Made by a program: the position numbers and the translations under genes
The notes under the pieces: model-generated
Databases searched by the model: none
What the model saw: only the letters and a program-made list of their open reading frames with translations
What the model was told of the DNA's origin: nothing
In this document: piece after piece, positions 22,893-36,200 of the stretch
Position numbering within the stretch: the stretch's first letter is position 1
Layout of the letters: each line of letters starts with the position of its first letter
Origin: Protoeuglena noctilucae
Taxonomy: Eukaryota
Direction: 5' to 3'
Length of the DNA stretch: 64,000 bases
Assembly: GCA_958009085.1 (NCBI GenBank)
Contig: OY253683.1
Span: 372,001-436,000, forward strand

Positions 22893-23857
22893 ATGACGGC
22901 GGCACCTTGGCTGGGAGGCTGCGCGCAGAGCCTGCCGGCGCGAAGGAGGCTTGCGGGAGTGAGGCTGGGCTGCTGCATCGCTTTGGCAAGCTTGCACGTC
23001 ACATTTTCCATCGCCTGTCCGGTCCTGAGTTGTTGCTGCTCGCTATCCCCGCAGCGTGCGGGCCCCTCCCCGCGATGTCGGGCCTCTGGAGCGCCCCTTG
23101 TCCACCTGGACAAGCAAACCTTCCTGAAATAACTTCGTGCGCGCCACGGGCGCACGAAGCACCGCGAGTGGCCGCCCCTGAGCGAGCTGCTCCCCGATGC
23201 TGTGCTGTCGGACATCTGCGTCGTGCTGGTGTGCACGAAGCTCCCCCGGTCGATCGGCTCTGTCGCGCGGAGCATGGCCATCTTCGAGTGCGTGGACCTG
23301 CGCCTGGTGGACCCGTGCGAAGTGACGAGGGCGTCATTCAACACCGCCAAAGTGAGCCCGCTCCCACTGACTGCAAGTCCTGCAGAGGGCCTGCAGCTGA
23401 GGTTTCTCGCCAAACGCTCAGCCGTCGCCGTGTCGGCTCCCAGGGCGGCCAGGCTGTCGTCCACCAAGCCCGAATATACGAATCGTTGGACCAGGCCACG
23501 ATCGACTGTGCGTCTCGCGTCGGATTCCACCGGTGGGTCGGGCAGGGCAGCCCAGGCGAGGGCGGCTCACGGCCGCGCGTGGCGGTGGGAGTGGACGCGC
23601 TGATTGCGCGGGAGGGCGACTTGCCGGGTGCAGCTGTGAGCGCCACGTCGCGGCCTCCAGGCGCGCCCAAGGTGGCTCTCGTGTTTGGGCGGGAGGACAC
23701 CGGGCTGACTGACAGCGACCTGCGTCACTGCGACACCCTGTGCTCCCTGCCTTGCGGGCGCCTGTGCGAGAGTCTCTCGCTGTCGCACTGCGTCACGGCC
23801 GTGCTGGCTCGGCTGTTCGAAGTACGGACAGCGGGCACGCCCACTCCAGGGTCATGA
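22893..23857 (+). CDS. SPOUT (TrmJ/SpoU-like) tRNA/rRNA 2'-O-methyltransferase with organellar leader; in-frame TAA at 23130-23132 upstream of the catalytic domain
   Basis: ICVVLVCTKLPRSIGSVARSMAIFECVDLRLVDP...AK / GGQAVV...KVALVFGREDTGLTDSDLRHCDTLCSLP...ESLSLSHCV gives SPOUT motifs 1-3. Introns 22959-23054 and 23352-23443. The N-terminal structure is uncertain because of the TAA. Confidence 0.8.
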
Positions 23858-24246
23858 ACGATCGTGTGCTTTAGTTGAGTCTTCGCGCATAGGCTGTACA
23901 TCACGGTTGAAAACGGTCTTCTGTTCTCGTCAACAGTTCCTGCTAAATGCTTGGTCCTACCACAACAGGCGCCGACCTGGTGAAAACCCACGGCATGAAC
24001 ACAGGTGGCTGCCAAGTGCATAAGTTGTTAGGGCACGGGACACGCATGGGAGAATGCTTTTGCGGCACAGCACAACATAAGGACAGACTAACACAAAATG
24101 GCTCCCCACGCCTGATGGGGAATGCAACTCACGACAAAAGGCGTCCGAAATCCCCTGTCCTGAACCGAGGGCTGTCAGGAAAAGCACGTTCTGTGGACCG
24201 CCGTCACGCAGAGCACGTTCCGAGGGCCGTCATCGCGCAGAGCACG

Positions 24247-27200
24247 TCACGAGAGCCCCTGCGCGCGGCTGCCCTGGATGGCGGTCTTGTGGAGCTCCAA
24301 CAGAGCGTTGTACTTCTGCATCATGAACAGAACCATCGCCAAGCCGCCCGCCCCAAGGCCCAGCAGCGACACCACCAGCCACGCCTCGCGGCTTGTCCAC
24401 CGACCGTCGTCATCGCCTGGGTGTGACGACGGGGGCGCGGTGGGGGTTCACACAGGGCAGGGCCATGCCATCCGCAGCGAGGGGTAGACAGTGAAATAGA
24501 CTGCTCTTCATTGTAGAGAGTGAGAAGGGCAGAGGTAAGGGCAGGGTGCCTTGGTAGCAGCAAAACGCTCACCGGAGTTGGAGTCCGGGCGCATGCCCCT
24601 CGAGCCGGCCTTGGAAGTCAGAAGCAACGCAGGGTCCCTGCGTGGGAATCATAACAAGGGCATCTGAGTGCCGACACAGCACCGAGTGAATTACGACGTG
24701 TCATGCTGGCCAGGTCCGCGCGCTCATGGCACCGCCGCACATCTAAGCAAGCGCATCTGGGCATGGTGAAGGTTTCAGGTTTGCTTCCCTGCCCGTCCAT
24801 GTCCCTCTCACCACTCGCTGGGAAACACGGGCTTGGCCGTGGCAGACGGCAGGCCACTCCACATGCTCCCCCGGGCGCTGCCGGCTGCGTCGGGGCCGTA
24901 GAGGCTCGATGTCTTGGACTGCAACCAGAAAACGGGCAGCTGCACGTCAGGTATGTCATTTCATCGTATCATGCCACACATCGACAAGTGCACCGTCCCT
25001 GACTAGTGCAACTGGGGTCACGCACACACTGCACAACACAGGTGGGTCAGAGCCGCATTCCTATCACCGCCGTAGACACCATGCTTTATGAAAGCCCCGC
25101 CGCGGCTCACCAATCGGAACCCGGCGGGGTTGCCGGGCGGGGCTCCGTAGATGGAGGTGCGCATGCTGCGTCGGGACTGCTGGGTGTTGGACGCCGCACG
25201 GAGGGACACGACGCGGGTCATGTGGTGCGTGTCCAGGGCCAGGATGTCGAGGGGCGTCGTGCTCGTCACCGCCACAGAGCGGAAGCTGCTGTCTCCAAGG
25301 AAGAAGGCCCAGCCACCTTGGTTCAGTGCCACGAGCCTGGGAGCGAGGCGCGAGCAGTGCCGCAATTCGGCAACGATACATGCAAAGGGCTGTGCACAGA
25401 GCAGGCATCGTGCACCTCTACAGGTACACATTGTCAACTACACCTCGCCAGCCTTAGCCCACGCACGGCGGCTGGCATTGCGCTGTGCCCTCATCACCGA
25501 CCCATCGCTCCGCACCTGTCCCCGAGCTGTTGGATGTAGCTGACCCGCAGGAGGCGCCCGGAGGAGGATACAACGAAATAACCGCCCCGCCCCTCGTCAC
25601 CCGTCCAACCCAGGGCGTCCGGCCCTCCGCCCCAGAGCTTGTCGTCCCGCCGGTCCTGGCTCCTCCGGCGACGCCTGCGGGTCAAGTGCAGTGCAAATAA
25701 TGCTCTTTAGACTGCCCGCAGTTGACTGCATAGGTCAGCAGACCAGGTGCATGCATGTGTTAGCGCGCTGTGACGGCCACCGCAGCCATCGGCCATCCGC
25801 CGTTGCAAACCGCAACCACCGCCGTCCACCGCCGCCCCGCACCTGCCCCCCGCCGCGCGCTCGCCGGGCGCCTCGACTGCGGCCACCGTCACCGCGTCCC
25901 CGCTCATGTCCCAGTCCGGCAGAGCCACGGGTTCCTTCTTCACCAGGTCCCAGACCTGGCAGGCGGACGTGGAAGCTAAGAACGGAGCTCCCGACTCGTG
26001 TTGGCTCCTGGCGGTGCCGGTGGCCACGACCAGCCGGCCGTCCCGGGACACCGCCACGGCGGACCCACATGGGGCGGTGAACTCGAGCAGGAGTCGGCCC
26101 CAGGCGAGCGAGGGGGCGAAGGCCTGGACGCCTTGGGTCAGCCGGGACCACAGGGCAAAGGCGGAAGAGGACTCTCGCCAGGTGAAGACTCGCACGGCGC
26201 CCTCCACCGTCGCACACGCCTGTGGCAGAGGGAGGGGCGGCGCGGGGTGTTTGGATGACTGTTGGTTGCATGACAGTGGCAGGCGTGAGCTTGTTGGTGA
26301 TTTGTTTGTTTGAGAGGGTGGCACCCTGTCGATGCCGGGAGGGTAGGGAGTAGCGTGGGACTGGAGAAACAGCTGCAATGGTTGCGGGTGCTACTGCTGC
26401 CACTGCTCACCAGGACGGTGCCGTCTCCGCTCAGGGAGACGTCCGTGACCAGGTTGCCACAGTCGGGGCTCTGCCACACGCACGCCCACCGGTCCGTCCA
26501 GCCCTTGAAGAACGGCTCGCGCCACACCCGCACGAACTGGTCCGCGGACCCCGAGGCGACTGCGGGGATCGGGATGATTGCCGATAACATCACGTCGACT
26601 GACTCACGCATCAGCATGGGCCTGACAGCCATGAACATCCCTGCACGTCGCACGTCGCACGTGCTGTGCTCTGGTTAGAGCTGCGCTCCAGAGCTGCGCT
26701 CGCCTATGGTGCCGGAGTCGTTGACGGAGCACGCAGTGATCTCTGCGGTGTGGCCCCGCATCCTCCCGACGGCCTCCCGCATGGCGGTGGAGACGGCGCA
26801 GAGCGTCCCGTCGCTCGACCCGCACACGCACACGCTGCCGTCCCGGCTGAAGCTGACCGTCATGACGCGGCGCGTGAAAAGCGCCTTCTCAACCAGCAGC
26901 GACCCGTCCGGGCGCCACAACGCCACCGACCCGTCCGCGCCGCCCGTCGCCGCCATCTGAGGTAAAGAACACCACACCTTGGTCTGGGTCTCTCCACGCA
27001 ACCCATAGCATCATTGCTCTGACATCCGAACTCGCCGTGTTCTGGACCCCAGTCACCCGCTACCGATCCCATCCCTCACCTTGGTCGTGGGGCAGATGGC
27101 GCTGGACTTGTCGCGCAGCAGCGGCCCAGCCAGACGGAAGGTGGGCTGAAGGTACAGCGACGGCGGGGCGCCCGTGGCGTCGATGGAGGCGCGGCGGCTG

Positions 27201-30200
27201 CCCCGGGCCTGGTTCTGCCGCGTGCCGGGGCTGGCGGGGCTCGCGCTGGGCTTGGCGTTGCACCCGTCCGCCGCCCCGATCGACCTCCGCCGCGCGTTGT
27301 CCCTCAATGACATCGACATGCGGTGCTCCATGGACAGGCGCTTCCTGTAGCGAAAGGAGACGCAGTGTGCATGTTAGGTCAGGGTCACTGGGGCGGGCGC
27401 TGCACATCAGGCGAGAGTGTGTCCCACGCCAGTCCTTTGGTGGGACATTGTCCGCCCACCAGGGCACGCAGCCAGGGCACCTCTCTGCCTACTAGTCCAC
27501 CTGTCACTAGACCAGGCTTATGGCCACCCCCCCCCCAGCCTCGCCTGGGCGGCAGGGAGTCCTTGAGGAAGACGCGTCGGTCGAACCCATCGATGGTGGT
27601 GGAGCTGGTGGGGAAGACGAGGAGCCCGTCGGCCACGGCCACGCTGCGGGTTTCTGGCGTGACGCCGATCTCGCGGACGAGGTCCACCGACACAGAGCAG
27701 CGGGAGCGGAGGGCGGTGGTCCCTGCGCCTTTGGGCGAGTCGTGGCGGCCTGGGACACTCGAGGGCGACAGGGACCCAGGGACGGTCGTGGCGGTGTCCT
27801 CGGAGTTAGAGGGCTCCCCGGCATTGCAGGAGATGCGGAAGAGGCGCACAGTGTTGTCCTTGCACGTCGAGGCCAGCCACTCCCCACAGAAGGACGCACG
27901 CAGCGTCATGACCCAACTCTGGTGGCCCTGCGGGTGGGCGGAGGGATGTGGCACGGCCTTGTCGGTGCTGAGTGGGTGCGTGGCGGCGCGGGCAGCGTGG
28001 TGGAGCGAGAGCGCATGCGGCAGCGCATTTGCACAGCAGTGCAAGGGCCATGGTCTGCCCACGGGAGCATCGCTGCGTCACGGCTGCAACGCTCGCCTGC
28101 ACGACGGTTAGCTCCTCCTGCGTCAACACGTCCCACACCCGAATCTTTCGGTAGTTGCTGCCCGTCACGGCCAGGGCTCCGTCCGTGGGGTTGCAGGGGT
28201 TCTTGATGAGGCACACGGCCCTGCATCAGAAGGTTGGGCCACTCGGATCAAGCGATGCTACAACTATTCAGAACTGCCCGAGTATTCACAAGCAGCACAG
28301 TACTATCGGAGGGTACCGCGGGTAGTACTGACGGGGTACTGATAAGTGTTACTGAGCATCATTGGACGTCGCTTGCGCTCACCGGACTTCCAAGGGATGC
28401 TTGAGGTGCCGCATGGTTCCCGAGGCGGGGCGGTAGCCGCCGGAGCTGAGCCGGGGGTTGCGCTTGAGCATCACCGCCCCAACCGTGCCGTCGTCGGTCC
28501 CCCAGGACACCCACATGCGCGTTGAGGGCAGGAGTAAGAGGTCGCAGGCCTTGACGGCGGAGTCGTGGCGGTGCTCGAATGCCACGCTCTGCCTGCCCTC
28601 GGCCAGGTTGTAACACCGCACGCGGCCCTGGGCGCTGGTGGTCGCCAGCACCTCCCCGTTCACCGACAGCGCCACAGCCTTGTTCCTCCCCATCGTGGCG
28701 TCGAACTCGTGCTTCTTCTCCACCAGCCTGCGAGCACAGGCGTGCGGGTGCAACGCTTGAGTGCGTGCGCACGCTGCCCCACGGGGCTGTGTCTTAATAC
28801 CACTACTGGGGTTGCGACTGGGTGAGGCAGCTCGCAGTGCTTGACATCCAAGCAAGCGAGGCTGTACGGTGAAAGACTCGTAACACACTTGTCACGCTTG
28901 AAAACACGCCACAGATGCCTCACCATGGCCCGTCCTCCCCAGCCCCCGGCCCAGTGACGTCCCACACGGCCACCAGCTTGCGCTCGTAGCAGGCCGCCAC
29001 CCGCCACCGTGTGTCTCCCATCCGCACCACCGCGCAGGACGTGGCCTTCTCGCTCATGTGCTGCACCTCGGCCAGCAGGCGGCCCCTCTCCAGGTCCGCG
29101 TCAGCCTCCCACTGCAAGCACGGCCACACCCGGGGTGACGGCGAGGGTGCTAGTGATGGTGAGGGTGGCAGTGGCAGTGACAGTGACAGTCCAATCCCAC
29201 GAATGCATGCGCGGAATGTGTTCATTCCATGTCACCCATACATAAATTGTCTCGCCAGGGCCTCACCAGCAGCACCACCCCGTCCTCGGAGCAGCTGGCG
29301 ATCTTACTGCCGTCGGGGGCGACGCTCACGCACTGGATGCGCGCGCAGTGGCCCCGGATGGCCACATGGGTCAGCGCCGGCGCGACCTGCAGCGGCGCAT
29401 GACACACACCAGGGGGTATGTACAGCAGGGATAGCATGGTGGTACCAAGGACACATGGCGCACAGCGGCTCAGGCTCACCTGGGACAGCTGCTTGGTTGG
29501 CTCCTGCACGCCGCGCATGGCCCCGTCGGTGAACCGCGAGGCTTTGCTCGCGGCCAGCACCCCAGACAAGTCCCAGAGCTTCACCACGCCGGTCCTGGTC
29601 CCCGCCGCAATCAGCGCCCCATTGCCCGTCCACGCCCCCGTGGTCATCTCCTCTCCTCCCTTGAACTCCGCAATGCGCTCCCCGGTGTCGACGTCCCACA
29701 GCCCCACCGCGCTCTGCTCGCGCCACGTGTACACGCACGCCAGCGCGCCGTGCGTGCGGCACAGGCCGCACCACTGGGGGTCCCCGCCGGGCAGCTTGAT
29801 GTCCCCAATGGCCGAGGCGGTGAGCCCGTCGAACAGCCGCACCGCCCCACGCACGCACGCCGCCACCGTGACCTGCATGCCCCGCCGCGACTCCCCCACG
29901 CGCAGGCTGCAGTGGTACACGGCACTCGCGTCTCCCAAAGAAGCCACCACCGTGCCCTTGACCCCCGCCCGCGGCTGCACCTCCTCCTCCCCCAGCTCCC
30001 ACAGCAGCAGCATGCCGTCGAGGGCGCCAGAGACGGCGTAGGCCCGTCGGGGGACATGGCCACGCTCGAGACGCCCCGCAGGTGCCCGGACAGGATGACG
30101 GGCTCGTGCGACCGCATCCACTGCCAGACGCGCACCGTGTGGTCGTCGGACCCCGTAAGAATGCGGTCGCCGGCGTCTGACATGGCGACGCAGCTGATGG

Positions 30201-33200
30201 CGCCCGCGTGGGGCAGGCTCCCGGGGGACGGTAGCACGTGCATGCGCGCCCGCAGCGGGCCGCCGTTGAGCATGGCCGTCGCTCCGGATGACGACGCCGT
30301 GTTGTGCGTGTTGTGCGTCGTGCCGCTCATGCCCAGCACGCCCAGGGCGGACCCGGGCGCGGGGCTGTGGAGCATGGTGTTGGTGAAGGCCAGCGAGCCC
30401 TGGTTGGTGTGGGAGGCGCTGGGCGATGGCACGGGGCGGTCACCCGAGGGGAACACGCCGTGGGGCGTCGACGCACCCGACAGGTTTGAGTTGTTGCTGT
30501 CGTTGTTGGAGTTGTTGGTCGAGCTCCCGCGGCCGCGAAGGGTCTGGAAGCCGTCGCCCCCGACGCCCTCCCACACGTAGAGGCGCCCGTCGGAGCCCCC
30601 GGCGGCAAAGACGGCGCCGTGGCGGTCCACGGCCACGCACCCCAGCGTCGCGTTGGTGCCGGTGCTGAAGACGCCGCGGAAGAGACCGGCCGTCACGCTC
30701 CACACAGACACCTGCGGGGTTGGGGGATGCTGGCGTCAGACCCTTGGTCGGTCTTGATCAAGGCGTGTCGCATGTAGCAGGGGCGCTGTGGGGTTTCACT
30801 GAAAGCAGTTGCAGCTGTACATGCCACATGAGCAATGCGGCACACACCTTGCTGTCTCCGTCGCTCATGTCCTCATCGACGGCGACAGAGGCGCAGACGG
30901 CTCCGTCCGCGGAGAGCGCCACGCCTGCGACGGGCTGGGTGTGCGCCACGAGCGACCCCACGAGCGGCGCAGGTGGGACCGACGTCTCTTCTTGAAGCCA
31001 CGACTGCACGGGGAGGTCCTGATCCTCTGCCAGGTGCTCAGCCATGGCGCGAGGGAAGGTGTTGGGAGCCGCCGACGCAAGGGCCTGGGGAGCAGCGAGC
31101 CAGTCCTTGCTTGTAGCAACACTACTGATAATCCCTGATGTCGCCCATCGGCCGCAGCTGCACTGGTGTTGGGCGAGGTCAATATCAACATGTGGGCGTC
31201 GTTCCCGCCCCCTGTCACCTGGTACACCATCTCCAGTGCGTCCGGGTGCTCGGCGTAGGCCCCGAGAGACGACAGGAAGTGGCTCATCTCACGTAGGTTG
31301 CGCAGCATCTGCCGTTCCCTGGCCAGGTCGCCGTCCTTTCCCAAGTCCTCTGGCAGACGCATGGCGGGGAGCACCACGTCCCGGCCCACACGGCGCGAGG
31401 AGGGGCGCTCCTGCAAGGCAGCGGGGGTAGGAATCAGGGCAGCTGAGGCTGTGTGGTTGTAACTGCTGGGCCACCATGGCACCACCGGTGGCGCCGGGTA
31501 CAATCGTGCGAATGCGTGTGATCAGAACGCAGGCGCAAGTCACACCTGCCGCAGCCTGCGGAGCTCCAGTGCCTTCTCCTTGACCGCATAGACGGCCTGG
31601 AGCTTGCGGATGAGGGCGCCGACATCGGTGAGGAAATCCTGGAACTGCAAGCGACCGGCCTCGAGCTGGGCGCGCGCGAAGGCGATGTTGGTGATGACTT
31701 GGGAGGAGAGGTCGAGGACGGAAGACGAGGCGGGCCAGAGGGAGTCCGAGGCGCGGGCGGCGTCGTCACTGGGGAAGTCGCACTCCAGGTCCAGCGTGGC
31801 GATGAAGTGGCGCAGCGTGTGCTGCAGCACGTACTCGTGCGCGTGGCCCAGGTGCACCACGCCGGGGGTGAAGACGTCCGCGATCTGCAGGCGGTACACG
31901 ACGCGCACGCACCGCTCGGCCATCGCCGCGTGGAGACGCGCCAGGAAGGCGCGGGAGGCGTTGGCGTCCCGTCCTGTTGCTGCTGCGCCCGTGCTGGCCC
32001 CCGACTCGCTCGCGCCGCCCCGGCGGGCCGCCCCGTGCGCCCGCACCGTCGCCCTCTCAAACAGCCACTCGCGCATGCTCTGGTGCAGGAACTGCAGCGT
32101 GCGGCTGCCCCCCTGCGGCGACGACGACAGCTCCACGAGCTCCTGGAGCCGGTACAGCACGGGCGACAGGTCCGACGCCTGCAGCACGTTCCCAGTGCGG
32201 GCGTGAACCATGAGGTCCGCCACGTCCTGGGGCCTCATGGGCTCGAGCGCCACCATCATGATGGACAGCAGGTCCTCCACCCGCTGCCGCATCTCGGGCT
32301 CGAGGCCGTCGTAGACGCGGGCCAGGTCCAATTCGAAAATCGAGTCGAGGTTGGCCGGGAGGTCCTGCAGCTCCGCGAGCGTCCAGGTGCGGTTCTGCGC
32401 CCCGATCTGAGAGAAGATGCTCCGCATGTACAGGAAGGAGGTGTTGGAGTGCTGCAGCAAAAGCTTCACGGCCTGGGGCAGGTCGTCTGCTGGGATCATG
32501 CCCTGGGGGCGAAAACGAGGGAGAGGGCGAGGGGTGACACAAGAGGGTGGTCACGTCGAGGCATCGCAGCGCATGGCCTGGGAAGCGCTGCCATCTCTGC
32601 GACGGTTCATCGCAGGTGCGGTGGGTCACAACAATCGTGCTGCGGTGGGTAACGATCGATCGTGCTGTGGCAGCTCGCCTGGAGTCTCTTGTGCGCGAAG
32701 GCGCTGAGGTCGGCCTCGAGCTCCGGGCGGAATCTGCACACAGCGAAACATTGCTGGATCACGGTCCTTGATTGTTGTCTCTAACTGCATGCTCAGCTCA
32801 GCAAGTCTCTGGCTTGCAGCCAGCACACGGCATTGGATGACGCAGCAACGGCTCCTCGCCTCTGCAGGTCCACCCACACCGCCCTCCCCCGCAGCCGCGA
32901 CAGCCCCGCCTCTCTTCCCAGAAAGAGGACGTACGCGAACGGGGACAGGGAGGTCCAATCCAGCGACAGCAGCATGACGCGCTCGCGCTCGGGCATTTCG
33001 TCCACGCCGTCGATGACGATGAGGGCCTTGGACCCCGCGCAGTCCGCTGCCACGGTGCGCAGTGGACCCTCGATCATCGCCGTGAAGGCGTTCGAGGCGG
33101 GGACCCCCGTCATGCTCCCTTCCTCCGCACCCTGCACGAAGCGAGAGCACACGGTCACCCTAGTAACCAAGCGAGGCTGCTGCCACCCCAGCTGGCCTGG

Positions 33201-36200
33201 GGCCTTGCTGGCTGCTTGCCGCACAGCGCACGTCAGGGCACGGTCGCCGCCGCGCCTTCCGCGCACGCCTGGGGCCCTGGAGGCGCACCTGGACGGCCGT
33301 GGCGGCGTCGAGGATGAGGTCGAAGCACTGCGGGATGGACGAGGCCAGCTGGTACGCCAGGCTGTCGATGACACGCCGTGCGGACTTGGTGAGGTCCGTG
33401 GAGTGGTGGCAGAAATGGAAGGCCTTGATGTCGAGCCGCTTGATCTGACAGAGCGCCGCGGCAAACGTGGTCTTGCCGATGCCTCCCGGCGACACAATGC
33501 ACATGATGCGCTGGGCACGGTCGTGGGCGGCGGGGGCCTCGCGAGCCGCGGCTGCCGCGTTGAGGGAAGCGAGGATCTCCGCCGGGCCGTGGCGCTTCGG
33601 GGTGGCACCGGGGCGAGACACACTGCACGCGGGGGTCGGGATGGCAGGTCGGCTCAGACACAGCATGCGAGGGCATGCATGCTCCACACACCCTTGCCGC
33701 GGCCAGTCGTTCCCATGCATAGCAAGTGCGCCCCACGCACCACCGCCCCAGCCCCTCAGCCAGGCTCACCTGCTGAAGGCGCTCCCCGCACGGCTGTCCA
33801 CCCAGTCGCGCACCCAGCTCTCGACTTTGTGGACCAGCCACTCCCGGGTCCCCTGCTCCAGCCGCGCCCCCTCGCGCCGCACGCGGTCCAAAGACGGGAA
33901 GTACGCCACGGCATCGAGGACCTTGGCCAGTCGGTCCAGTTTCACCTTCAGATAGGACTCGATGATACCGTTGGCGCGCACGGGGTCCAGCTCCCACTGC
34001 AGCGCCAGGGCTGCGAGGAGCTCCTTGAGCGTTGAGGGCTTGCCGGTTTGCCCCGGGCGCGACTCGGCCCACGCGGTCAGCTCGATGTGGAGCGCGTAGA
34101 CCTGCAGGGCCTCGACGCTGCCGGTCGACATGGGGTCCAGGCGTGAGCACAGGAGGATGTCTGCGGGTCATGGGACGTGGGTGGTCGTGACGGGGGTAGC
34201 TAGGGGCGGGACGGAGTGGCGGGGTGCTGAGTGGCCAGGCGCATGCAGTGCATGTGGCGTCGGCCCGTTCCATGAATGTCAGCTCGTGAGGCAGGGTTGT
34301 GCTCACCGAGGAAAGGGTGACGGAGATGCTGCTTGCGCACCGCGATGCCCTGCCGCTCCGTCAGGGCCAGGACGCTCCGGTCTCCCCTCTCGATCGTCTC
34401 GGCAAGGGAGCGGTCCGCGGCAGCCATCCGCAGCACCGCCTCTTTGAACGTCTCGTAAGGCACCGTGTCACTGTCCGCAGACACCTCCTCCTTCCACAGA
34501 GCCTGCAGGGACATTGACCGAGAAGCCGTGTGTTATGTTACAGCGCTGTTCACTCGCGCCGCTTTTCATCAGCGTCTTGCACCGTCGCAGCAAGCGCACT
34601 CCGGCAAGGCAACACGGTAGTTGAAATCGCACATGCAGAGCCTGTGCCCGTGCATGCATGCTGCGTGCCTGGAGCTGGGGCGGAAAGTGCTTGGGGAGGT
34701 GCAGCCGTGGTGCACCCTGCACGCCCCTCAGCTCCATCTCCAGCTCCTCTGCCAGCTCACGCGCCGTGATGCGCCGGTAGGCGTCCATCTCAAAGCACAT
34801 ACGAAGCGACTGCTTCAGGCTGCGAGGGGTCGCGGGAGGCAATGCGAGTGGCCGTCAAGACAGGCGGTGGCAGGGGCGCCCAACGTGCTGCAGGGGTGCC
34901 CAACATGCCGCGCGCATCCTCTGTGCCTCCTTCTCACCGCTGGCTGACCGTGTTGGGCAGGAGGCGCCAGTCCGGCGGCGACCCGACCTGCGAGGGCCCA
35001 GTTGAGGCAACCTGTCACGCAGTGTCGAGAGAGCCATGGCACCTGCCCCTCGACGTGAGCGCACACCAGCTGCCGTGGCAGTCGCGGCGTCCGCGGCATG
35101 CCATCTCTCACCTTCCAGATGCGCTTGGCGCAGAGAAGCTCGACGATGAGGTAACCGAGCGACCACACATCGCTGGCCGTGGACAGCGTCCCTCCCTTCT
35201 CCTCGGCCTGCTCCGGGGCGCAGTAGGCAAGCGTGTACGCCTCGACCGCCACCTGCTTGTTGCTGCCCAGGGCCTTGAGCGCCCCGAAGTCGCTGATGTG
35301 CACCCCCAGCTTGTGGTCCAGCAGCACGTTCTGCGGCTTGAGGTCCGAGTGTGCTGCGCCCAACTCCTCATGGATGGACTGCAGGCCCGTTGCTATCTCC
35401 AAGCTCATGCGGAGGGCATCCTCGAGCGGGGGCGGGTGGGGAGCGTACTGCTGCATGTAGCGCCTGAGATCCATCGGGTACAGATGCATCACGATGGCGC
35501 TCCCCGCGACACCGCAGGCGTGCCCCTCCCCAAACTGAGTGCATCCGTACAGTTTGGCCACGTGGGTGCAATGGAGCACAACGTCGAGGAACTTGATGAT
35601 CTCCTCCCGCAGCTGCTTCATCGTGCGCGACGCCTCCGAGCCGATGTAGATCTTGACTGCCACGTCCTTTGGGTGGCCCCGGCCGTTGGGGCGGTACTTG
35701 CCACGCCGCACCACCGCGAAGCCGCCCCGGCCCAGCTCGGGCTCGTGGGGGTCGATCTCGATGAACTCCGCAGGGAGGAAGAGACGGCTCGCCAGCTCCG
35801 CTTGCGGGGTGCCACCCAGCGGGCCCTGGTGCGCTGAGGGAGCCTGCAATCGGGGGCGCGGCAGAGGGTGCGGCAGAGGGTGCCATGGCGAGCACGACGG
35901 AGTGAATCACTTCCTTGACATGCCGCTGGGTCGTCAGAGTACCCTCAGTTCGTGTCACAGTGGGCTTACCTCCGGCTCGCGCCCGCCCTGGAGGCGCTTG
36001 TAGCGCATCGACATGCTCTTCATCGGGTCGGCATCCACGCGGCGGTGCGTCAGGTCCGTGCCGCTGTCCACGCCGTGCATCTGCGAGGGGCGCCGCCCTG
36101 GCTGCTGGGTGCGCATCGGCGTGTAGAGGCCGGCCGGAGAGGCCCTGGCCGGGAGGGGTCCGGCGCTCTCCTCCTTCAGCTGCGCTGCAGGCACGTCCCC

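Noticed and set aside
28298..28357. Intronic hairpin cagtactat...gtagtactg with repeated gtactg words
   Set aside because: It is short and single-copy, with no TSD or second copy in the window; insufficient for a MITE or ncRNA call.
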